Positions 58,178-64,000 of a stretch of 64,000 bases of DNA are shown one piece after another. The translations under genes and the position numbers were made by a program. Below the pieces are notes generated by a model. It had not been told where the DNA came from, did not search any database, and saw nothing but the letters and a program-made list of their open reading frames with translations. This DNA is from a virus (Duplodnaviria; Heunggongvirae; Uroviricota; Caudoviricetes), in the IMG/VR virus record IMGVR_UViG_2595698871_000001, positions 109,443 through 173,442 of that record; one strand, 5' to 3'. How positions within the stretch are numbered: the first letter of the stretch is position 1; every line of letters begins with the position of its first letter.

Positions 58178-58572
58178 CCCAGGACACCTTCCCGCCGATC
58201 CGCCCCCGCGACGCCAGGGACGAGGAAGTCCATGGCTTCGTCGTCCGCTACGGCTGGTTCTGGAACGTGACCCTGCTCAACGGCACGATCCTGGCCTTCG
58301 ATCCCGACGACGTCGACCCCTGCCGCTACGGCGTCACCGACAAGGACGCCTTCCGCAACCTCGCCGGCCCGGTCGAGACCATCGTCTCCTACGAGTGCGT
58401 CCAGGGCTGGCACGCCAAGGCCAAGCACCTGTCGGGCTGGACCGAGAAGCATGACGACCGGCTCGATGCCCTGCGCACGGCCTACCGGCGCCTGGAGGAG
58501 CAGCGCGAACGCAACAGCCGGGCGCTCGAAGAGCACGGCGGCATCTTCCAGTTCCTGGAGAAGCAGGACTGA
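58174..58572 (+). CDS. hypothetical protein (132 aa)
   Basis: GTG start overlapping the upstream TGA; the upstream part of the ORF-track entry is shadow. Confidence 0.45.
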   Translation: MTQDTFPPIRPRDARDEEVHGFVVRYGWFWNVTLLNGTILAFDPDDVDPCRYGVTDKDAFRNLAGPVETIVSYECVQGWHAKAKHLSGWTEKHDDRLDALRTAYRRLEEQRERNSRALEEHGGIFQFLEKQD

Positions 58573-58573
58573 C

Positions 58574-58762
58574 GTGACCAACGAGGAGATCACCTTCGCG
58601 GGCCTGATCAAGGCCATGGAGGACGCCCGCCGCGAAGCCCGCGCGGTGGGCGATCTCCTCAAGTCCGCCGAGATCGACGGCTGGTTCAAGGAGCACGCCC
58701 GGATCATCCGGGTGATCCGCGACAAGGCCGAGGCCGAAGAATTCGACAATCCGTTGGCGTGA
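58574..58762 (+). CDS. small hypothetical protein (62 aa), tentative
   Basis: GTG start 2 nt after the upstream stop; its stop lies inside the next promoter element. Confidence 0.35.
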   Translation: MTNEEITFAGLIKAMEDARREARAVGDLLKSAEIDGWFKEHARIIRVIRDKAEAEEFDNPLA

Positions 58763-58826
58763 GAGTGTTGACAGCCTCGCCGCGCCCGGCTACAAGCCTC
58801 CTCGACGACAACGCAAGGAGCCTGTC
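58750..58826 (+). promoter_or_regulatory. full-consensus promoter/leader element
   Basis: GTTGGCGTGAGAGTGTTGACAGcc..CTACAAG..CTCGACGACAACGcAAGGAGcctgtcTTG; TTGACA at 58768-58773. Confidence 0.6.
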
Positions 58827-59990
58827 TTGACCGATTTCCCGATCATCCGCGCCGCCATTGAAGGCCGCCGCGCCGCTGGTTTCGACACCGTCCTGGCCAA
58901 CGCCGACGCCTTCGCTGCCGAGGGCGTGCTGATCAAGGCCGAGTTCGAGGACATCAAGGGCGTCTTCAGCCGCTGCCTCTCCGACGCCTGGGAAGTCGTG
59001 CGCAAGCGCCACTTCTTCATCGACCACGCCCTGCGCTCCAAGGAAGTCGAGGACCTCTTCTGGAGCTTCTCGATCCCCTATCCGCACGTCATGCCGGGCT
59101 TCCTGAAGAAGACCCTGGCGGCCAAGAACATCCCGGCCAACGTCCGCGAAGACCTCGTGGCCCTGTTCAACGAGGGCATCGCCCTCAACGACAAGCTGGT
59201 GGCACTCAAGCCTCTGATCGGCAAGCGCGCGCCCAAGAAGACCAAGGTCGAGATCGAGCGCGAGGGCAAGGAACGCACCTGCCAAATCTGCGGTCGCGGC
59301 ATCCTGGCCGAGGGCGGCATCATCGCCCACCACGGCTACACCCGCCCCTACGAGGGCTGGCAGACCGCCTCCTGCTCTGGCGCCCGCGAGGTTCCGTTCG
59401 AACTGAGCCGCGACGAACTGGGCAAAGAGATCGCCGCCCTGAAGGCGTGGCGCGTGCGCAAGGTGAACGAGCGCGCGGCGATCGAAGCCGAGACCGTCAA
59501 GCTGATCCTGAAGTATCAGGTCTCCGAGCAGGACCCGCGCAAGGCGCAGGGCTTCAAGCTGACCGTCGATCGCCAGATCGAAGTCACCCGCGACACCTTC
59601 GAGGCCCTGAAGGTCTCCACGCCCGAGGCCTTCTCGGGCAAGTACAACCCCCGCAAGGAGGGCAAGTACACCTACGAGGCCCTGACCTTCGACGGCCTGA
59701 AAGAGCAGGCCCTGGGCATGGTCGACATCGAGATCGGCCGCCTGGACAACGACATCCTGCGCCAGCAGGCCCGCTATGACGCCTGGAGCCAGAAGGCGAT
59801 CTTCGCCAAGGGCCGCTATTGGTTCATCGGTGATGAGGTCAAGACCGCCGACGGCGCGGTGGGCAGCATCAAGGGCTTCTACCAGCACTATCCGCCGCAG
59901 CCGGGCGACGTCGCGGGCGGCGTGCGTCTCGGGGCCGAGACCAGCGGTTTCGTCTCCTGGAACGTCGAGAGCCTGGAGCCGGTGGCCTGA
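58827..59990 (+). CDS. hypothetical protein (387 aa; central CxxC...HH zinc-binding patch)
   Basis: TTG start 8 nt after the aaggag RBS; ERTCQICGRGILAEGGIIAHHGYTRP. Confidence 0.55.
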   Translation: MTDFPIIRAAIEGRRAAGFDTVLANADAFAAEGVLIKAEFEDIKGVFSRCLSDAWEVVRKRHFFIDHALRSKEVEDLFWSFSIPYPHVMPGFLKKTLAAKNIPANVREDLVALFNEGIALNDKLVALKPLIGKRAPKKTKVEIEREGKERTCQICGRGILAEGGIIAHHGYTRPYEGWQTASCSGAREVPFELSRDELGKEIAALKAWRVRKVNERAAIEAETVKLILKYQVSEQDPRKAQGFKLTVDRQIEVTRDTFEALKVSTPEAFSGKYNPRKEGKYTYEALTFDGLKEQALGMVDIEIGRLDNDILRQQARYDAWSQKAIFAKGRYWFIGDEVKTADGAVGSIKGFYQHYPPQPGDVAGGVRLGAETSGFVSWNVESLEPVA

Positions 59991-60391
59991 TGCGCTTCGT
60001 CTCCCCGAACCAACCCTACTGCCGCTGCTGCGGCAAGCCGATCAAGAAGTTCACGCTCCGGCACTCGTTTGGCAAGAGCGAGTACAAGGACCATGGCTGG
60101 TCGATCTCGCGCACCGAGAAACCGATGTCCAAGGAGGAACTCCAGCGCGCGGTCAACGGCCGGATCATCTCGTTCACCTGGGATCACAACACGACCTATG
60201 ACGCCAACTACGAGCCGGTTCGCACGAAGACCTTCATCGGCGAGGCCAACGTCTGGGACGGCGAGACCTACGAGGCGCAGTTCTTCTGCACCATGCGGTG
60301 CGCCGCCGCGTTCGGGGAGATGGCCGCCCGTGAATATCCCGGCCTCCACACCCAGACCTACGCTGACGCCATGAAAAAGAGGGAGGGCTAA
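59990..60391 (+). CDS. hypothetical zinc-ribbon protein (133 aa)
   Basis: ATGA overlap; PYCRCCGKP...FFCTMRC. Confidence 0.5.
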   Translation: MRFVSPNQPYCRCCGKPIKKFTLRHSFGKSEYKDHGWSISRTEKPMSKEELQRAVNGRIISFTWDHNTTYDANYEPVRTKTFIGEANVWDGETYEAQFFCTMRCAAAFGEMAAREYPGLHTQTYADAMKKREG

Positions 60392-61113
60392 TGTCCGACG
60401 AGATCAGGAAGACCCACGAAGCCTTCGGCGTGATCGGCTACAGCCACACCCAGGGCGACACCGATCTGGTCGGCGTCGACTACGCCCAGGGGCACTACGT
60501 GTCCCTGACGATCAAGACGGCGATCGCCTACGAGGGCGAGACGCATGATCGCTTCCACGGCGACAAGTACATCTGCAAGGTGTCGATGAGCGAGGTCCAG
60601 TGGGCCTCCTTCATCGCCAACCCCAACCGGGGCGACGGCGTGCCCTGCACCTTGCAGTTCTACCGTGACCCGCTGACCGGCGAGCCCAAGCAGCCCAAGT
60701 ACATGCGCGAGCGCCTGACCCGCATCGACCGCACCCGCGAGGCCGTCACCGCGCGCGCCAAGGGCCTGTCGACCAAGGTCAAGGAGGCCCAGGCCGAACT
60801 CCAGCGGCTGATGGACGGCGGCCCGATCAAGAAGGGCGACCTCAAAGCGCTCAAGGACCTGCTCTACTTCGCCAACCAGGACATGGACATGAACCTGGGC
60901 TACTTCGTCGAGCGGGTCGAGGAGACCATCGACAAGGCGGTGGTCGACGCCAAGGCCCAGGTCGACGCCCACGTCGACTTCGTGGTCCGGGAACTGGGCG
61001 TGCGCGCCCTGGGCTCGCGGCTGCAAGCGGCGATCGACGCGGGCCATGAGCCGGGCGCGGTCGGCCAAGCCCTGCTCGACGCGATAGCCCCGCCCCAGGA
61101 GCCGCCGACGTGA
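60391..61113 (+). CDS. hypothetical protein (240 aa)
   Basis: ATG overlapping the upstream TAA; good codon usage. Confidence 0.5.
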   Translation: MSDEIRKTHEAFGVIGYSHTQGDTDLVGVDYAQGHYVSLTIKTAIAYEGETHDRFHGDKYICKVSMSEVQWASFIANPNRGDGVPCTLQFYRDPLTGEPKQPKYMRERLTRIDRTREAVTARAKGLSTKVKEAQAELQRLMDGGPIKKGDLKALKDLLYFANQDMDMNLGYFVERVEETIDKAVVDAKAQVDAHVDFVVRELGVRALGSRLQAAIDAGHEPGAVGQALLDAIAPPQEPPT

Positions 61114-61352
61114 GGACGCCCCGCTTCCTGAACCGCTGGCGCGACCGCGACCTCGCCGAGGAGAAGGCCTTCCAGACCAAGGGTCTGGCCTTCGCCCACG
61201 CCGCGCGCATCGCCGCTCGCCTGGGCGAGATCGTCCGCGTCGAGCACCAGGAACCCATCAGCCAAGCCTCCCCGAATTGGGCGGTGGTCGAGAAGTGGAC
61301 CTTCCACCCCGACGGCCGCCTGACCCGTGACCTCAAGAAGGAAATCCAATGA
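61110..61352 (+). CDS. hypothetical protein (80 aa)
   Basis: GTG start overlapping the upstream TGA. Confidence 0.45.
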   Translation: MRTPRFLNRWRDRDLAEEKAFQTKGLAFAHAARIAARLGEIVRVEHQEPISQASPNWAVVEKWTFHPDGRLTRDLKKEIQ

Positions 61353-61843
61353 CCCGCAGCACCTCCGACATCCTCGCCCGCATCAAGTCCCTGGAGAACG
61401 ACACGTCCGACTTCTTCGGCTTCCAGACGGGCGACCTCGTCTGCTACCTGCCGTTCGCCGACGCCAAGCCCTGGCTGAACGAGAACGCCACGGCCGAGGC
61501 CTGGGCGCCCAGCGTCAACACGCCCGAGGCGATCAAGTCGACCATCCACGACTACATGGCGTTCGCCTGGGACAAGGCCAACAACTGCCGGGGCCTGTCG
61601 GCCGGCCGCTCGCTCGACCACATGAAGGCGTGGCTCTGGCTTTACGGCGCCGACGAGGCCTGGGTCGAGGCCCTGCGCCTGGACAACTACACCATGTACG
61701 GTAAGCCCCAGCTTCGCGCGATCTGCGAGCACTTCGGCTGGGACTGGACGGCCTGGGACGACGGCTGCTGGACCAACAACGAGGGTGCGAGCGGCTCCAG
61801 CCCGGACGAGGTCGAGCGCGTCGGCGTGCTGGCTGACGCCTAG
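61349..61843 (+). CDS. hypothetical protein (164 aa, Trp-rich)
   Basis: ATGA overlap; good codon usage. Confidence 0.5.
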   Translation: MTRSTSDILARIKSLENDTSDFFGFQTGDLVCYLPFADAKPWLNENATAEAWAPSVNTPEAIKSTIHDYMAFAWDKANNCRGLSAGRSLDHMKAWLWLYGADEAWVEALRLDNYTMYGKPQLRAICEHFGWDWTAWDDGCWTNNEGASGSSPDEVERVGVLADA

Positions 61844-61914
61844 TTGGCGTTAGAGTGTTGACAGCCGTCAGGGCCTCCTCTATACCCACCCTCGACGACA
61901 ACGAGGAGGCCCCG
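61844..61914 (+). promoter_or_regulatory. full-consensus promoter/leader element
   Basis: GTTGGCGTTAGAGTGTTGACAGcc..CTATACC..CTCGACGACAACGAGGAGGccccgATG; TTGACA at 61859-61864. Confidence 0.6.
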
Positions 61915-63663
61915 ATGACTGCCGAGACCATGACCCTGAGCTTCCGTATCGAAGGCGCCGCCCTGGTGGAGCGCGCCCGCGACCGGGTCATCGAAGGCGC
62001 CTGGGAGCATGGCCTGCGCATCCTCGTCGAGGGTCTGCACGGCATGACCTACGAGATCGCCATCGACATCCTGATGGGCAAGTACACCCTGGGCGGCTGG
62101 TCCTCGGACCCCGAGGGCGTCTACCTCACCGAGCAAGACCCCGAGGACGAGACCTTCAAGCGCTACAAGGAGACGTTCGACTTCCAGTTCGCCGGCGTCT
62201 TCAAGGACGAGACGGGCCGCATCATGCGCCCCTACGCCATCGTCGACAGCTACGGCAAGAAGGACTTCGACTCCAAGTACCGCTACGACCACGCCCGCGC
62301 GCGCGGCTCGGACGAGTTCCTGTCGCGCCCGGTGCGCTACCACGACATCCTGGGCAAGGACCCGATCGACTGGGCCTACCGCGCCCTGCATTACGCCAAC
62401 CTGCCCCAGCAGGACATCGTCAAGCGGGTCAAGAACCCTGGCGACTACCACGGCTCGATCCAGGAGATGGTCGCGCTGTTCGAGGTCATCCACGACTACC
62501 CCAAGCTCCTGCTGCCCTACGTCACCAACAGCGCCCAGGAGGCCGTCGACAAAGCGACCGCCGCCGGCCGCCGGCTGGAGAAGCGCGGGTACGTCCACGA
62601 GTATGGGCTGAACGATCCTCAGGCCGAGTTCCACGCCGTGACGACCACGGCGATCGACAACCTGCCGCCCCAGTGGGTGATCGAGAACCCCGCCTATGAG
62701 CCCCCGGCGCCGGTCAAGGCCCTGGAGGACTTCAAGCAGGGCGTCGCGAGCGCCCCTGATGAGGTCTCGGCGATGAACCGGATGATCGTCAAGGAGGTCA
62801 ACGCCGGCACGAGCATGTCGACCGCCATCGCCCTGGCCCGCGCCAAGATGGCGCTGATGGGCGGCATGGCCGAGGACCCTGAAGAGCGCATGTCGGCGAT
62901 TAACGCCCACTTGGCGGCGGAGGCCGAGCGCGCCGAAGGCAAGTCCAACGAGACCTACCGCAAGGCGATCCAGGAGCAGGCCGCCGGCGACTACTTCGAT
63001 CTCGTGTACACGGGTAAGGGTGGCGAGGAGGTGACCCTGAAGGTCCCGACCGCGCCGTTCGAGAAGTGGTGCCTGTGGCGCACCGCCGGCGCTCACCTCG
63101 CCAAGCCGTGGAAGCGCGTCACCTATTCGGGTCTGAAGTGCTTCGGCGACGACCCCTATCACACCGACTGGGTCATCGGCGCGGGCCTGGAGCCCGAGGA
63201 TTGGCCGACCCGCAGCGACGACCCGCTGCACAAGGCCGCCTGGGACAAGCGCTTCGAGGTCGCCCAGAGCAAGATGGGCGGCAATCTGGTGGTCCTGCTG
63301 GGCACGGGCTTCGTGACCGGCAAGATCAAGCACCTCAAGCCGGGCGAGACCCTGGAGCGGGGGCAGATCGGCGTGATCCGCAACGCTGGCCCCGACTACG
63401 TCCAGGCCGCCGTCAGCGCGATCGACAACAACGCCGCCCTGATCACCGAGAACGGCGGCAACGTCGCCCACCTCGTCACCGAGTTCCGGGACAAGCCGCT
63501 GCGTCTGGTGCGCATCGCCGACGCCCGCAAGATTTTCAAGGACGGCATGGAGGTCGACCTCGACCTGGATAAGGCATGGCGCCGTATCTACGAAGGCTCG
63601 CGCGGTCCCGCGCCGGGCGACCTCTACCTGCCGCCGGAATGGGAGATTCAAGATGACGCATGA
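61915..63663 (+). CDS. large protein with a C-terminal PEP-utilizing-enzyme mobile (swivel phospho-His) domain
   Basis: C-terminus GQIGVIRNAGPDYVQAAVSAIDNNAALITENGGNVAHLVTEFRDKPLRLVRIADARKIFKDGMEVDLD follows the PEP-utilizer pattern (G..A..Grarv....ILV...tdP....GGrTSHaAIvARElgiPaVvG....dG..v.vD); the N-terminal 450 aa has no recognised family; start at ATG 61915 after a gaggagg RBS. Confidence 0.55.
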   Translation: MTAETMTLSFRIEGAALVERARDRVIEGAWEHGLRILVEGLHGMTYEIAIDILMGKYTLGGWSSDPEGVYLTEQDPEDETFKRYKETFDFQFAGVFKDETGRIMRPYAIVDSYGKKDFDSKYRYDHARARGSDEFLSRPVRYHDILGKDPIDWAYRALHYANLPQQDIVKRVKNPGDYHGSIQEMVALFEVIHDYPKLLLPYVTNSAQEAVDKATAAGRRLEKRGYVHEYGLNDPQAEFHAVTTTAIDNLPPQWVIENPAYEPPAPVKALEDFKQGVASAPDEVSAMNRMIVKEVNAGTSMSTAIALARAKMALMGGMAEDPEERMSAINAHLAAEAERAEGKSNETYRKAIQEQAAGDYFDLVYTGKGGEEVTLKVPTAPFEKWCLWRTAGAHLAKPWKRVTYSGLKCFGDDPYHTDWVIGAGLEPEDWPTRSDDPLHKAAWDKRFEVAQSKMGGNLVVLLGTGFVTGKIKHLKPGETLERGQIGVIRNAGPDYVQAAVSAIDNNAALITENGGNVAHLVTEFRDKPLRLVRIADARKIFKDGMEVDLDLDKAWRRIYEGSRGPAPGDLYLPPEWEIQDDA

Positions 63664-63949
63664 ACTGATTATGGTCCAGGTGGGTGGGCAAGCCCATTCG
63701 CACTTCTCGATCGAGACGCGCGAGGCCGAGGTGCCGGGCGGAAAGCTCTACATCACCACGGCGCATGCCGGCGAGAACTGCGAGGCCATATCGGTCGCCC
63801 AGACCTTCGTGCCGACGCCGCCGCCGTCTAAGGTCGTGACCATCCCCGACGAGGTGCTGCGCGACCTGATGAGCCGCAAGGACGTCGCCAGCGGGCGCTC
63901 GCTGCTCAAGAAGTGGCTGTTCGCCCACGGCCTGGAGCTTGAGGCCTGA
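63653..63949 (+). CDS. hypothetical protein (98 aa)
   Basis: ATG overlapping the upstream stop by 11 nt (alternative ATG at 63671). Confidence 0.45.
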   Translation: MTHELIMVQVGGQAHSHFSIETREAEVPGGKLYITTAHAGENCEAISVAQTFVPTPPPSKVVTIPDEVLRDLMSRKDVASGRSLLKKWLFAHGLELEA

Positions 63950-64000
63950 TGCCGCTCTTCAGCTTCAAGGCCACGGTCACCTACCACGACGACGTCGTGA
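63949..64000 (+). CDS. 5' end of an unknown protein (partial, runs off window end)
   Basis: ATGA overlap with the previous gene; MPLFSFKATVTYHDDVV... Confidence 0.4.
   Translation, partial: MPLFSFKATVTYHDDVV

Noticed and set aside
5700-61914. CRISPR array or other tandem repeat explanation for the recurring GTGTTGACAG motif
   Set aside because: Copies are 1.5–5 kb apart, occur in both orientations, always sit 60–70 nt upstream of a start codon, and include -10 and RBS modules. They are promoters, not repeat-spacer units.

Overview
This 64-kb window is about 66% GC and very gene-dense (roughly 115 protein-coding genes, frequent 1–11-nt start/stop overlaps, many GTG/TTG starts). It reads as the early/middle region of a large virulent phage of a high-GC alphaproteobacterium; by inference it is Caulobacter phiCbK-like, based on a T4-type rIIA/rIIB pair, a GcrA cell-cycle-regulator homologue, NadV/NatV, HNH endonucleases, a primase-polymerase and an ATP-dependent ligase. 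No rRNA, tRNA or CRISPR array was found. Gene orientation is plus strand at 1–146, 5999–12296, 12871–14358 and 56869–64000, and minus strand elsewhere (one long run from 14.4 to 56.7 kb). Each strand switch coincides with a GC-rich hairpin terminator (convergent) or a promoter region (divergent). The most striking sequence-level feature is a roughly 20-copy composite promoter/leader element: GTTGGCGTGAGAGTGTTGACAGG, then about 17 nt, then CTAGAAGG, then CTCGACGACAACGA, then GGAGG, then the start codon. It heads nearly every operon in both orientations. The most interesting gene content is a co-transcribed RtcB RNA ligase – MazG – HNH – small alarmone hydrolase (SpoT-type HD) operon. It is followed by a PTH2-type peptidyl-tRNA hydrolase and the NadV/NatV NAD+ salvage pair. 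Together these look like a multi-component counter-defence region aimed at tRNA-damaging, alarmone-based and NAD+-depleting host immunity. Other notable items: a truncated catalytic-domain-only tyrosine recombinase heading the early plus-strand operon, a regulator cassette (winged-helix, XRE, YqeY/GatB-like) bracketed by near-identical bidirectional terminators, an HslV-like Ntn hydrolase, a phage acyl-carrier-protein homologue, a PEP-utilizing-enzyme swivel-domain protein, and several large proteins of unknown function. All functional calls rest on remembered family motifs, not database searches.
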